Shown piece by piece: positions 37,068 to 51,598 of a stretch of DNA of 64,000 nucleotides. Source of the DNA: Marsupella aquatica (Eukaryota > Plantae > Marchantiophyta); contig OZ316896.1 of the NCBI GenBank assembly GCA_973895155.1, positions 9,559,525 to 9,623,524 of the forward strand. The letters run 5' to 3'. The notes beneath the pieces were generated by a model that was not told the DNA's origin, ran no database searches, and saw only the letters and a program-made list of their open reading frames with translations. A program made the translations under genes and the position numbers. Each line of letters opens with the position of its first letter. Positions within the stretch are counted from its first letter, which is position 1.

Positions 37068-39170
37068 CTCTCGGGCTTGCTCTCTGACATTGTGAAGTAG
37101 TACAGTACTTGACTGTACACTCCCCTCACGAAAACCCGTGAGTCTCGGCCCTCATTTTTACTCAGGAAAATGCAAGAAAACATACGTTTTTTTCCCATGG
37201 CTTTTTCAGGCAAAAAGAGACAGAGTGCTATCACTGTTTTGCCTAGGGAAGAAGTCGATCGAGCCAAAAAGGGTAGGTACTTTATAATGGGAGCAAACTG
37301 AATTTTGTTAGCGAGGAGAGTGTTGTTAGCAAAACACTAGTCTCTTTAATATGTTTTTACTCTCCCTTTTATATTTTTTGGTGTGTTTTTATGACTCCAA
37401 TGGCTAGCCAGGTCCCAGCAACAAGAGGAATCCCAAAAATGTATGTTACCAACAGGCTGGATACAGAAAAATTAGGGGTCATGTGAGGAAAGTTTTTGCT
37501 TGTGCGAGTAATATTTTTATTGTTTCCTTTCATGCTACAATGACCCGCCAAAAGGGGAGGGCACCATTGGCCTTACACGCAACCTAACTGTGCCCCCTGA
37601 CTGGGAAGAATGGGCAGGGGATTTGTGACGGGTTAAGGCTAGCCAATGGCCACTCACCACATGGCAACGGGAACCCAGTCACAAGTCAATACTAACCTGT
37701 ATACAAAATGGGGTGTGTCACTACTATTAGATAGTTTGGGGGAAACGTTATAAAAAGTTTCTTTGATCTCATTTGTCAATCTAAGAAATCCAACGATATG
37801 TATTGTTGAGCATAAACGATAATCGCAACAGCAAGCCCATGAATCATCCAACGCACAAGAGTCGACACAGAGAGATACGTGGTTCACCTCCAAATGAGGC
37901 TACGTCCACGGGAACACACATGAACTTTACTGCACTCTAGGTCGACCGGCCATATCATGCAAGCATCCACAGCGCAAGCTCTCTATCTCTCAACTAGCTC
38001 CGTAACAATGAGCCTGAGTTCCCACTCTCCAAGCAAACACCGCTTGGTTATAGAGTGTGCATAGCATGACTAACCTAACCAAGTCTGCGACTAAGATTAG
38101 CCTTAACTATGGTGCAGTCGTAACTCTAGACCTAAGAGTAAATCCTAACATGTATCTTTTCTTGTGACCATAATTGTGCACCCGTTATTGACTGTCCACT
38201 TTGCTTCGACCTTGTTGGTTTCACTAGATACTCCTTGCTTTCTTAGTGGCTTGGACCATTGAGTTTATGGTATGAAAAGTAAACAAAAACTTTGAGTTAT
38301 TTTAGTTTGACCCTCAAAACATGGTCTGCAATCTTCATGCAGTACAAATAATGTGGACACCCGTTTTTTTGCCAATAAATTAATCTGGGCAAACAACATG
38401 TGTCCACTCAAATGGCCTTTGAGCATATTTTTGCTAAGATAGGCACCCTGGTGGGCAAGAGGATTATGGGCTATAAGTCATAGAAAGCCTACATAAGTTA
38501 TGCATCTTACAGTAAGTTTACAAAACCCTATGATTATTATAATTCTCATAATGTTCTTCCACAGAAATTTAAGTCTTTCACTAAACCCCCCCCCCCCAAC
38601 AAAAAAAACACTCTACTTATTTGCATGTTGGAAGAAAAGAAGGGAGGACCTCAAGATCGAGGCAAGAGATTCTAACGGCAAGAAGCACTTGGACCTCAAC
38701 ACCCATGTCTACTTTGCATTGTCTCCCCAATGCAAGCTCTTGTGGGAAACCAAACATTGTTTGGCTGTCGTTTCGGAAGGATTGGCAAGTGGGTGAGATA
38801 GCCCTTGCAAACGTCAAGGACCAAAGGCACCCCCTCGGGCACCCCCAAACCCAGCTGAGCTCAAGAGCATGTAGTATTTCTTGAGAGCTTTCCAATGCAC
38901 CAAATGAGTACTCCAATGGATTTCCCATTGATAAATTATTGTTGTTTTTTTTGGCATTTCCCTTAAGTGGTGTGACCATTGCGCTTCACGACTTGGGCTC
39001 ACCCCTAGCCCACTGGGAGACACCACTTCTCTCATATATATGCTTCTAGAGACTTGTCACCCTAGACCAACTTTGGTCCACTATTTTTGGCCCTCAATCT
39101 AGACTCCAACTTGATTGACTGGACATGTGCAAAGTTAACTTGTCATGCCCATAATTTTTTAGTTAGACGT

Positions 39171-39513
39171 CCCTCTATTCATTAAAATTGAATTATTATT
39201 TGATTTATGAACATTTGGGCAACAGAAAGTGTACATTTAATTTGGCTTGCAAATAGTGTACATTTGGGCAAGCAACAAGGGTGATGGCTATTAGACGTAC
39301 TACAATGTTCATTCTTTTTCTAAATGAACTAGGTTTAGACTCCTAGTAAAGATCCTTTTTCCCCAAAAACATTTATAATTGACCTTTTGATTGTAGAGTG
39401 TTGTCCCATTGTGTACATTTTGGAGTTAAAAAATGTACATTTAGAGACCAAAAAGTGAACATTGAGAGGCCTAAAAATGAACAAAATAAAATACATTTTT
39501 AATGAATAGAGTG
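39171..39513. mobile_element. MITE-like element with ~22-bp TIRs
   Basis: CCCTCTATTCATTAAAATTGAA ... TACATTTTTAATGAATAGAGTG; internal TGTACATTT x4; no clear TSD. Confidence 0.65.
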
Positions 39514-40129
39514 ATCTCTAGGTGAAGTGCCTTAGCACGTTGTGATTGGACCTACACGGTGCTCATGTTCGGACTCTTAGAACTTATTGTCATTTGGGGA
39601 TCCCAGATGGCTACACCCGAGCTGCGCTGTATATCATGTGCCAAGCATTCATCCCGCAAGAAGTAAACTTCTTTGGCCTTGGGCCCAAGAGGAGCTCTCA
39701 CTGAAGCCCTCTACACTTAGAGTCCATCTGGGGGCCCGGACAGTCCACCCTGAGCTTGGCCCTTCTCATGACCCGGCCAGCTCCCAACGCCACTCTAAGT
39801 CCTTTGTGTGTGCCACCAGCTTAGCGCATTGCCTTTGTTAGTGCAGCGCTTCATTGCCCACAAGTATCCCCATACTTAGTCCCCACCAGATGGTTGTTTG
39901 TTAGGCCAGGACCCTAGAGAAGCTTGGCATTGGAGTCCCGATTGGAGTCCCGGTTGGAGTCAACAACGCCGGAGCTAAGTGGTAGGGTAGTCAAGTTTTG
40001 CAACTCCTCATGTACCAAATGCTGGTTGAAACCAGTCACACTTGCTAGTCTCTCAACCATCACCAATAAAATCAGTCCATGAATTGCAAGTGCAAGGTGA
40101 AAGCAATAAAAATAGGAGAAGTTGTCCGG

Positions 40130-40620
40130 CCCTCGTAAATTTGGTTCTATCATTTGCTTGGCTAATGATGGTCTTGGTGATCAATGCCTCTACTGGTGGG
40201 GTGAGCTCTTTATCTAGCTCCGGCTGGCAAAGCTCAAAGTGTCTTGCTCTCCTCCTCCAATCGCTTAGCTCCACTGGTAGTAAGCATGCTCTTAATTGCA
40301 AAGTAGATAAGTACCAAGTAAGGTGTCAAGTAAGTGTCACCAATAGAGGTCAAGACATCCACCTACTTGGCGATCACCTCTTAAATAACCAAATCCTAGT
40401 TGATTCTCCTTTGACTGGTCCATGAAGCAATGATGGAACTGGTCAAGTAGACCATAGTCCTGGTGAGCTCGGTAGGATGAAAGATAGGTACTAGAAATTG
40501 GAGCAAATGAGCTAACTCCCAATTTCTACATTGATCAATCCTCGGGTTCCCAACACCTCTAAAGTAGCGGATTGTCAAATCCTCTCCAACAGAGTACAAT
40601 CTCTCTCCCTCCTGATTCAA
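40130..40620 (-). pseudogene. Decayed retrotransposon-associated accessory ORF
   Basis: One frame reads LQFLVPIFHPTELTRT...RRIN*DLVI*EVIAK*VD...TYLTPYLVLIY. This resembles from memory repeated LTR-element-associated hypothetical proteins of seed-free plants (FLVPIxxPxKxxR...W...PxLxxLY). The stops are transition-derived. Confidence 0.45.
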
Positions 40621-42779
40621 CTCATAGACCTGTAAAAGTACTATAGTAGGTGTGCAAACATCAGGTGAGCCTCTAATAGAGCTTCTAAAAGTCCTTGTAT
40701 ATCTTATTTAGCACATTGTTCAATGCCCTCCACCTGCCCACTCCACGAGCAGATCTTCGTTAATAAGATGCAAACGTCTTTCTAATTATCAGCATTGCCA
40801 TACACAATGTAACAGAAAGAAAGTTTCCGACTGATCAAATAGTATCTGAAATTTCCACTGACAGAGTATCCCCAAAACTTGTATTTGAAATCGGACTCGT
40901 ACCTTGCGTTGTTTTCAGTAACTGAGAGTCTGTCGTGTTAAAAATTCGGGCTGCAGAGAGATGGAAAGGCGGACGGACCACAATTCTCGTGAGGCATGCA
41001 TGTATCGATATGAATTGTTACTGACGAAGAAATTGAATGATAGAGTGGCTTCGGTTGACGAGACAGAGCATTGATTTCACCAAAGTTGGTCAATGGCTAC
41101 TTCCGACTCCTCATTCTGTGCCGAATGGCTTGAAGGCGATGCCAGAGGACTCTTCAACCTGAGTGATGGTCGGCACTTGAGCTGTACTGATTTAAGGGAG
41201 GGTACACGAAAATAATGATCCGCCCCATGATTTTCGGGTACTACATGAAAATTCTGTGCAACAAATAATGGATAAACAGTTGAATTTACAAGTCTAGCGA
41301 TCCCCCATCCCCCCTTGGTTTCTCGATGGGTTTTGTCACGGTTGCTTGCGTATAAATGCCTCGTGTGATGGGATTTGGCAATTGAGCACGGACCAGCTCA
41401 GAGAAGGAATGACAGTAAGGAAGGAGCGAATGACCGTTTGTTTACGATGGCGGAAATAATCTACAGTACGTTCCCCTAGTTACAAGTAACTCTTCTGAAC
41501 TGTAGGTGGGAACCACCCTTATTTTAAAAAATTGAGCTCAGTTCTGTAGTGATTCGGGGAAGGTGGCTATCTAACTTGACAGTCGCGATTTGATTTGATG
41601 AGGCGTAGATCCTACGCTGGAGGGTGAATTCAGTGAAGGTATGAACCAGTTTGTTTGTGCTTGTACAGTGCAGGACATTATGCTTGCTTTGGATTGGTGG
41701 CTTTGTGAAGAAAGAAAGAAAAAAAAAGACTTCAAGAACGGCAGGCTGACGAAGGAGAATTGGCAATGTGGGGCCCATGATGGGAGAGAGAGTAGCCTGA
41801 ATCTCATCAGGTGAGGTCAACATTTCTCGTCGTTCGGGACGAGGGGATGCATGGAGGGAAGACCTCCGTATGAAAGGACACGATAGAGAATAATGTAATG
41901 CGCCCCGCAATATATGTGGACAGAGACACTCAACTTATTCTTGGCTTCAACCCGTGTCTCGCGGGCGAAGTCAGGTTACTTTAATGCAAACCGCTGTACA
42001 CGAAACTGTGTACACCTCTGAATCTAATGTGGTGCTTTGCGTGCCTGCGGGATCCGCTTGGATTGGGAAGCTTCAAAAGCAAGAACGAAGGTTGAGTCCC
42101 GTAATTGGAGATTGAATCTTGATGGTGTGGAAGTGTTATTGCCACATGTGAGTAGTGAATCATCGTAACTAGATTTTGAAGGTTGGGTATTTTGGAAGGC
42201 TTCCGTCAAAGAACAGAATTCATACCACTTCTTCTCCGAGGGAAGCACTAAGGCTATGAGGGATGGTACTTTTCGCTGGCACATGGTTTCAGATAAGAGA
42301 GGGCAGTGGCAATGAAAGGTGATCCTGACACTTTCTTCCCCGGAGTGAGGGCTGGAGAAGAACTGTATCAGCCCCACACTGCTTTTGACCTCTCCTCTGC
42401 TTCTAGTCTGTTGGAGCACCATTCAGAAACTTTATCCAAGAAGAATTCAAGAGCATTCAGCCGGTCGTGAAAGCTGGTAGAGTCATGAGAGACCTCTGCT
42501 CCTCGCTCACGAGAAGCAGTGGGAATTAAGTCAATATGTGTCCATTAATTATATATGAGGTCAAATTTTATTCCATTCGTGGATACTTGGAGAAACATTT
42601 AGCAAAATGAAGAGTGAGTCAGATCCTAGCTTGGTACAACGAGAGAATTCATGCCCCTGGATGGGATTTGCAAACTAAACTGATGGGATCACTTGGATTT
42701 AGATTCAGTAGGATGTGTAGAAATTGATCTTTAAGGAATAGAGTGAAACACATGCAAAAATTGCGGAAGCTTGTATGTA

Positions 42780-45700
42780 ATGGAGTGGCCAGAAGATTCC
42801 AACAGGGGACATTACGTGGCCTTGGCTGGGAGCAGCAGCAGCAGCAGCAGTTCTAGCAGCTTTCCACAGGATGCCCGTGTGACTACGACTACGAGTACTC
42901 TCTCTGCTTCTACCACCACCGGAGAGGAAATTCAGCACAAATTGGGTGAAGGAGGAGGAGGACGGGGAGGCGGTGCCGGAGATGAGGATTGTAGCAGGGG
43001 AGGGAGTGTGACGACAAGCGACGACTCAGAGATGGGGGGGAGTATTGCTAATACCCACAAGGAGGATCTACCCCATGGTCCCTCAGCTCTTGCTCTCCCG
43101 CGGCGAGCAATTCTTGTCTATGGAACTGGCCATGTGCTCAATGACCTCACGGCCGCTTGTTGGTTCACTTACCTTCTCATCTTCCTCACCGACGTTGGTT
43201 TGTCCCCCAAGTGAGCTCACTCTACCCCAATCTCTCATTTACAGTTCTCTTTGTCTAGGGCTTCGAAAATCAGGAATTCTCATCAAGGTGATTAGACCAC
43301 CAAATTGTTGACCTCCTCCCTCACTTCGCAATTTCGCTTTGTTTGCTGCTATGTTTGCTCTTTGTTGCTTTACCTGTGATCCCCATGAAGAATAAAAACA
43401 GATTCATTCACCTGTCTCGTTCTCTCTGGGTCGAGCAATCAATCAATGTCTCCTCTTTGATAACAGGCAGGGCTCTTAGCTTCTATTTCCTGTTAGCAAC
43501 CTGTTGATTACGCTTCTCTGTCCCAATTGGGTTCTCCGGGATTCTAATCTCATTCATGTAGCCTTTGACTGAATGTTCCTTTGTCGCTGATTGAACTCTC
43601 CGTGTTCATGCTGGAACTTCTCGTTGGTTTCAGTGAATTACCTTTAGCCGGAAGACCATCTCAGATTCTGTAGAAGGAAACAGAGTCGTTGATGGCTGCC
43701 GAGGCAAAGGGATTTCAATCATTCATTCATGCATTAGTCAATGCAGTGATTAGGTATTACAAACCACGCAGATTTCTCGACAAGATCAGTACATCTCTCA
43801 GAGAATCCACTTGCTAGCTACATCGCGAAACTCTCACCGGTTTAGCTTGGTAGTCAATTAAGCTGACAGTCCATCTTGATTCATATTCCACACACGTGTT
43901 TATAGTCACTAAATATCTTCTTTCTATGAGGTGGCAGGCAAGCGGGAGCAGTGATGCTGTCAGGTCAGGTGGCGGATGGATTTGCGACCATTCTCGTAGG
44001 GCAATTGGTATGTCTTTATGCCACCCAATCTGATGGCATATTGGCGTTCGGAGCGGATCCACGGTTGCTTCGGAGAGAGAGAAAACAGACCGAAGTCCTT
44101 TTTTCTTCGGATTGCAGACAATCTGCCTTTCAGAGAGCAATGATAAAGAATGAATGAAAAACCACCGAATAATGTTTAGTCCACGCTTCCCAATCGGGAC
44201 ATTTTGATGGAATAGAAAATTTAAAGCTGGGTCAAAGATCAGCCATTAGTGGCTCTATGCATGAGCTATTCGTGCTCTGCTGTCTTGCCAAAAAATTCCA
44301 TGGGCTCGCTGCTAGGCCGAGGGGTGGGACATGCTGTCAGCGGTACCTGTTCGGAACTGCCCTGCGTCTACGCCATCTGGCCAGAACCATTTACATCGTA
44401 AGGTTATAGCTGCAAGAGGTAAGGTTGACTTGGGGTACGGTCTAATTCCCCTGTTAAACTATTACTTGGACCTTGTCTTTAATTAACGGCGAGGTGGTCC
44501 ACTGTCCTATTGACGGAAGTTGAAATCCAAACCCCACCCCCCTGCCCAACGCGTGTCGAGTGGCAGAAGACATCGATGCAAGAGACACAATAATCTCTTG
44601 GAGGTTTGTTTTTGGACTGACGAAGGCGGACTAGCTTCCCCACCTTTGCCTTCTGGTGTCATCCTCAAGTCCTGTCAGCCAGCATCTAGGCTGTAAGGTC
44701 AGATTGTGTGAGAGAGAGAATGAACCAAATCGTGGGGAAACTCCTGAATAAAGAATGGGCAACCAACAGGATCACGGAATCTATGTGGACACATTTGAGG
44801 GAGCAGATGAACCAAATGTCATGTTACTGTCACCGAGGGCCTTCACGGTCTCTAAACATTCCAGCGTCGAATCAGTAGAGAATGCCTTTGAGCAATCGGG
44901 ATGCAATGTTTGATTTCACAGCCATGCTAGTTATGTTGCTTCCAGTATACCCAATACAGAAATCGCTAATAGATTCCCTCTCATCTAAGCCGTAAGCTGT
45001 GGTTTCTCAATGGGGTTGGCAGATTGATAAATTCGGCCAATTCAAAGTTTGGCATGCGGGGGGTTCATTATTGGTGGCTATATCCTTCTCCTCAGTTTTT
45101 GGCGGGTGCATAGCGTGCGAAGTTTTTGGGACAAGTTCTACATCTGCCTTCACAGTTGGATACAGTACTTTCGCAGCTATTTTCAACTTAGGTTGGGCAG
45201 CAACTCAAGTCTCCCACATGTGAGCTTCTGTACTGTCCTGCTGGAAATCTTGCATCGAAATCTAGTACCGGCTATTTAAACGAATCGAAGCTTGATTTCT
45301 GTCCTTTAATTGAGGGCATCGTGCCATTGAAAGCGATCTATAGATTCTGTGGTTTTAGGTATGAAGAAACTGATTAATACACCCAATACTCTCTCCGGTA
45401 CATCAAAATACTCTGTCGTTGAGGGATCTTGCTAGTTCCTAGGAACATGAAGAGTGATTTCCTTTTTATATAAATATACATCAATCTTTATACGAGTGAC
45501 TGTTTCTGCGTTCTTCTACAATAATTGCTCAGTCCCCTCTCTGAATTGTTCGCAGGTCACTAGTGAATTGCATCACTGCTAATTCATCAAGCAGAGTTTC
45601 CCTCAACAGCTGCAGGAATGCCTTTTCCATGGTTAGTCTGTTCGTTCCTTAATCCCGATTAATTATTATGACTTGTTCATTGCATTCGAACTCTCAAAGC

Positions 45701-48700
45701 TGCTGAAATGTGTAAACATCAATCTTTTAACAAACCAACCCTCTTTCATGCTTCCTTTGATTGGAAGAATAGAGATTTCAGAATATGAAGTATGGGGCTA
45801 TAGAATAGGGGCATCTGATGCTTTGTTTTTCCATTATTTACTACCGCCCAGCCAGGATAGGATCAAGTGAGCACTTTCTCAATCCGGGAAGTGAGGTATT
45901 CAGCAACCTTTATACACCCTGGAGGGAAGTAAAGATAGTATTGGTCTTTGCCTGCCTCAACACCTGCGGCAGATCTTTTAGAACTAGTTTGGCTTGGTTG
46001 TGTAAGGCTTGGGCAGGGCAGTGCATTTTGCCCAGGTTCAGACTCGTTGTACTTTGGGCTAGTGTACGAGTGTCGGGGAATGGGGGTGCCTGCCGAATGA
46101 CCACAAGTATTCGCATTGCAGTCCAGCAGTAGAGATACTGATAGATATTGATGCTTATCCGACTTTCTGGAACAACGTACCCTCTGGTTCTATGTCGACA
46201 AGATATGGCTATAATTCACCAAGTTTAGCATGTCAAATCTTTTGTGGGCTCACAACAAGGAGCGGCTAATCCTGACATTCCGCAGATTGCATAAAAACTG
46301 GGAGATATGGTCGAGAATTTTGACAAACATAGTTGCTCTCTTCAGATTGCCAATCTTTGCTTGTATGCAATTGCATACGCAGTGTTCTGGGCTTTACCTG
46401 CAACATCGGCTGGAGGAGTTCATGTACAGGTACGCTGTAGCATGCAATATCTTTGCTAGCAGCTTTACAAGGTTGGTTCATGCCCTTCTAGGCAGCTTCA
46501 TCATCATCTCTAGCCAGGCAAAAATTAACCATCAACTTTGTTAAACTTAGCCTAGTCTCTGAATTGTGCAATATACTTCAGATTCCACCCGAGTCCCTCC
46601 ACTCTATCTATTGAGTGTAAAGGAGATATTTGAAAAGCTAAGTCTATGTTGGTTTTTTGGTACGGACATTGTGCCAATCTGTCAGTCACCCGTGTAACCT
46701 CTATTTAGTTGTCTGGTTGTAGATGGCTATCGCCCTTCAGCCCTACTGGAACTTCGTTTCTGATTTTGATGCACTTGTTTTGGTGCCAGTTTCGGTGGAT
46801 TGCCTGGGTGGCCATATTGACCGGGAGTTGCTTTGTTATCATCTTCCTTCTGGGCGTGCGAGAGCCCAAGTGAGGCTCTCAAAGAAGTGATGGAGAGATT
46901 CAAGTCATTCAATTTTAAATGTTTGTGGGCTATGTTTAAAGATCGCTCAGGCGATTGAAGTTTCACCTGAGTTTGTGTTAACGAGCGAACTGTCTATGCG
47001 AAGTAGTTTGGGTTTCTATGGCTTCTTAGAATCTGGATAGGAGATATGAAACTTGAAATTCTTTGGTAGATAATCAACCACACCGGCTCCTATCCTCAAG
47101 TATTACTTGGTAAAGCCATGTTTGGTTCTCACTGAAGTCAAGGATGAAATTTGGTATGACTGAACCCCAGTCTCTTGAACTTGTTTGTTGGGGACAGATT
47201 ATACCATCATGCTGAAGTTTCTAAGGGCACGTTCACCAGGATAACAGTTGCATCATGGTTCAAAAGACCTTTGTATTATCAAGTAGCACTGGTCTACATG
47301 CTCACCCGTCTTACGACCAATGTCTCACAGGTATGTATGGCGGTATTTAGTGCAGTACCGAGTTGCCTTATGCCATTTCTTGACATTCACGCTGAAGACC
47401 TGGAATTTTTAGTTCCAGGTTCTTAGTATATCACAGCAAGTATAGTCTTCTCTCTAAAACAGACAACCATTATCCACAGGAACTTTGATTCTGCCATTAT
47501 ACGAACTAGGAGTCCTGACAGCCTTTCCTCCCAAGGCTGGAGCACTTCAATCAGAATTCTCGATGAAAAATTGTGTCAATAACAGTCGTCTTGAGCTGTG
47601 ATTTTAACATCGTGTGGTCATGTGATTGTTCAGGCTTTCCTGCCCTTCTATGTTGTTCATGACCTTAAGATGGGAGAGTCTTCTAAGGCTGTGGTAAGTC
47701 TCCCACGTGAACTTTGGGTCAATATTTGTTCATGACGCACAATGCAAAGGAGCTCAACAGGGTGACATGATACTGAACAATTAGTGACTTTGATAATGAT
47801 TTACTCCAGTCAAGAAATTTGCGGCCAGCAGTGCTTGCTAGGACCACAACAACAATTATCCTCTGAACTTAAACTTGGCTCCCCTGTTGCTAGTGTCTTT
47901 TCTGCGTAGGGAAAATAGTTGGATACTTCTTGACGTCGCTGCAATGTTTGTGATGCCAGGTACCCGCAATGATTTATATATGCAGTTTTCTGATATCCAT
48001 AGTGTTACAGGTACGATGATATGAACTTGCCCCAGTAACCAATGCTTGTCATTCGGTGGTCATTTGAAAGTCTTCCTTGAAGATCAGGCTTGACTAGTTT
48101 TGGTTCTGTTGCCAAACAGGAATTGCATTGGACTGGTCACCGCCTGAAAGGATTCTTTACTGGGGGTGCTTGTCTTTGGGTTATCTCCGGTGCTGTCATC
48201 TATCTTCTCCCCGTAACCTACAAATCATCAATGTATGGTGTGGCAGCAGTCATTGGACTGGGAAATGCTCTTATGCTGGTAAGTTGATTACTGGCATAAG
48301 GTTGCTGCTGCTAAGAAATGTTGCTTGCACGATGCAGCTAGAGTTGAAGAAGGAAGGAAGCCCACGAAAGAAGGAAATTAACTGTTATGTTCACGTTGCT
48401 TCCTTAGATGAACGGATTTCTCGTTGTAAATTTCTGATACAATTGGTTGCTTCCAATGCAGGTGACTGCCACTAGCATGCAGGGCGTACTGGTTGGACAC
48501 GATTTATCCGGGTGTGCCTTTGTCTATGGATCACTGAGCTTTTTGGACAAGCTGGCTTGTGGATTAGCTCTATATTTTCTTGAGAGACTCAATGGTAAGC
48601 GCCAACTGTTCAGCTCAAGTTCCATCTCACCATCACAGTAATTTCCTTTAAAAAAACGGTTTGGTTCCCTGTAAAGGTTTTTCATGTTCCAGTTTAGGGT

Positions 48701-49212
48701 TGATGTTTGCCACGTTTGTCTACGAGTGAGCCAGATATATTATTGCAACTTGTTTGTGGTCGTGTGTAGATGAAACTCGGCCATGTCGACAGGCCAGTGG
48801 AAGTGTTGTGAGCTGCAGTGACTCACTCATTAGGTTGGCTCTTGGATTGGTCCCCAGTGGTTGCGCCCTTATGGCAGTAATGATCACATTCTCCATGAAT
48901 CTGGGAGATACAGGATCAGAAACCTCATCCCTCCGTAGACCTTTAATGAATAAAATAGAACCTTCGAATCGGGACAAGGGATCTAGATCAGGCACAGACG
49001 ACACAAGAGCCTCTCCGCGACCTATTCTTCCACCAAGACCGGGATCTACCCACAGAAATCGGAGCTCAATGGAAGAAATTCACAATGACGTAGAAAGGAG
49101 TAGCAGTAGTAGGGTTGGCGAGTCACCACTTCCCATTTGGAAAAGGCTCGAGTCTGCAATGGTAGGGAGGTGGGGATCCATTCGAAAACCACCACAGACA
49201 TGGTTAGAGTGA
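42780..49212 (+). CDS. Major facilitator superfamily transporter, MFSD12-like (MFS_2/GPH family), 12 exons
   Basis: Exons 42780-43210, 43938-44007, 45023-45219, 45556-45631, 46346-46429, 46790-46869, 47198-47330, 47634-47693, 47960-48010, 48120-48278, 48462-48594, 48770-49212, all GT-AG and in frame. Motifs: YGTGHVLNDLTAACWFTYLL, GQVADG, FNLGWAATQVSHM, YQVALVYMLTRLTTNVSQ, AFVYGSLSFLDK. Confidence 0.95.
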
Positions 49213-51078
49213 AAATTGAAATGATCATTATAATTACTAGGTATCCGATTCGTGCCGACATCTCGTCGACATCCTAGTGATTCCTGTTCATTGGTTCATG
49301 GAGGCAGCGCCCCCAAAATCAGATTTCAGTTGTAGGGAACTCACAGAGTAAGTGAAGACAGTCCTATTGTACAGTAACTCGACCCCATCCGTGAATGGGG
49401 TTGAAGATTGAGAGTGCAACAAAAGTGTAGGTGTAGTGAAAACATAGATTCCATTTGGTGATTTTAGAATATTAATTTGTGGGAAAGAAAATCCCACTTG
49501 TAAGCTCGGACTGAAAAGCTTTACATGGGAAGGATGCGGAAGTATCCGAAAAATAATGGTGCCAGTGACTAAATCATTTTTCAACAGACAGACTGCTCGA
49601 GGCCCTTGTGTTTGGACATGTGTCCATTGATTTCACTCGTCCTATTATTGAAATTGCTTGAGAAACCTGGTTGCCAAATCTGAAAACTAACTCATGAATG
49701 CAAATGCCAGATTGGAATTGCATGTCACCAAAATGCCGACTCCGATCGACGTTTCCTTTCCCATCCTCTCTTATGGAATGGTCCTCTTCTCTCTATTTCC
49801 CTCTTTGATTTGCTCAATGTGCCAAGATTGGATTCTCAATTCTCAGTCGATCTTCTTCGCTCTTGCTGTGCTGTGTACTTTTAAAAGTTCTGACCCCTTA
49901 GAATTCCAAACTGATTAGCTACGCCTGAGCAGCGGAACGATTAGAATTTTTCTATAATGTGATCAATTTGGTACTATCAAACTATAAACATCGTCTCATC
50001 ACAAGGCTTGCAGCGCTACGTTCAGAAGCCTCTGCCATTCTAGTAACAGCCGAGCTACATTTCTCCAATCATAACAATGTACTGCAACTCGCATCTCGTT
50101 TGTACCCTTGAATGTTAGTCCCTCTACCAATTCCCACGACATATTGTGCACTTCCCAAGTCCGCTCGCATCTCTTTTCTAAGTTCGACTCGTCGTCCCTG
50201 TACCAAACCCCCATATATTCATGCATTTCCCCGATTCCCCACGTCCGCCAAAATTCTGCACCTGCGATCAAACGAGGGGTTCTGCCGCACTTCTGTCGGT
50301 AATGACAACGAAGGTCGTCTCGGAAAGACTTTTGTGTGTAAAGTGAGTTCCGTGTCACGTCGCAAAAATGAGGTTGATGTGGAAGAAATCAAAGGTGTAG
50401 TGATGCCTTATCTGAAACTGAGAAGCTTTCTCTACCTGGACTTAGCAATTGCGCTCACGGGCCAGCATCAACCCACTTTCCCCCTTGGAACTGCTTAAGG
50501 GCAGAGCTAATTGGGTAGTCTCAAATATTGGTGTTCTCACAAGCGAATCCATGACCAATTCGTCTCTTAAAATGGCCGATCTGAAGGTACCCAAAGCCTG
50601 TCATCGCTGTGGACTTCACCTGCTGCTCCTTTTCCCCAATCCCCGCCACGTCATGGCAAGCACTCCGTGATCCATCTGTTGTAGACTTGCGAACTCTAGA
50701 TGGGGAAGCAAGGGAAGGGAATGGCAGGGCGAGGTCTTCTGCGATTACTGGTACACCGAGACCAGCTATTGGACTCCGTTAGGACCAGTTCGTCTACTTG
50801 TGGACACTGACATTCAATGTCTTGACCTGCAATGAATGGATGACTGAATGAGTTCTTCAATTTTGTGAAGATCCAATTAAATATCATCTCGGTAAAGGTC
50901 ACGGACACCAGGTGTATGTTGTATGGACCCTCCAGCACAAGTTATCACACCAAGGGCACCGTAGAGTGAGCTCCCACTGCGAAGATTTGCTGATCATGTT
51001 GATTATGAGGGCTTCTGATTTGGATGGATCTTGTGGAAAGACCATTCTTGATGCGGTCTTCCACGAGCTGCCCCTTTG

Positions 51079-51535
51079 AACTTTGTCCTCAGTTTATTCT
51101 TCCTGTGATTAATTACACGTTCTCGTCTTTGAGATGAGAGGGGAAACAATAGAAGGTGAGATGCGGACGGTCCTCAGAGACTCGAAAGACTATTTGACTG
51201 GAATCCGCCGGTTCAGCGCTTTAACTGAACTAAAGTCACTTAGAGCATCACATGCATCCCGGTCAAATGGCCTTTTGAGTCCCCTTGAGCGGCCTCAGCA
51301 TCTCACCTTCCCGTGTTTCTCCTCTTAAAAGAGAGAAAGTATAATTTATTCCAGGGTGAATAAACTTCGAGACAAAGTTGATACAGTGGCACTTGCAGAA
51401 ATGCATGTGACCACATCAAACAATCTTTCAAGTCCCCTGGGAGCCCTCCGCATCTCACCTTGGATTGCCTCTCCTCTCATCTCAAAGACTAGGCAATGTA
51501 GTTGATCCCAGGGAGAATAAACTCGGGACAAAGTT
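51079..51535. repeat. Long imperfect fold-back: one ~125-bp left arm and two tandem inverted right arms
   Basis: Arm A 51079-51203 (AACTTTGTCC...GAAGGTGAGATGC...TTTGAC) is reverse-complementary to B 51255-51379 and to C 51416-51535; both B and C end GACAAAGTT. Confidence 0.9.
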
Positions 51536-51598
51536 GCGGTGGTGCTTGTGGTAGGCTAATCCATCCATAGAGCCAACCAGCCACCAAAGCCAGGCAAA

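Noticed and set aside
44300-46140. GC-richer patches in MFS introns as possible snoRNA or antisense ORF
   Set aside because: No convincing C/D or H/ACA box arrangement and no identifiable protein.
49990-51078. Exon-like or protein-like fragments between the MFS gene and CAD
   Set aside because: No consistent frame or recognisable motif; cannot support a call.
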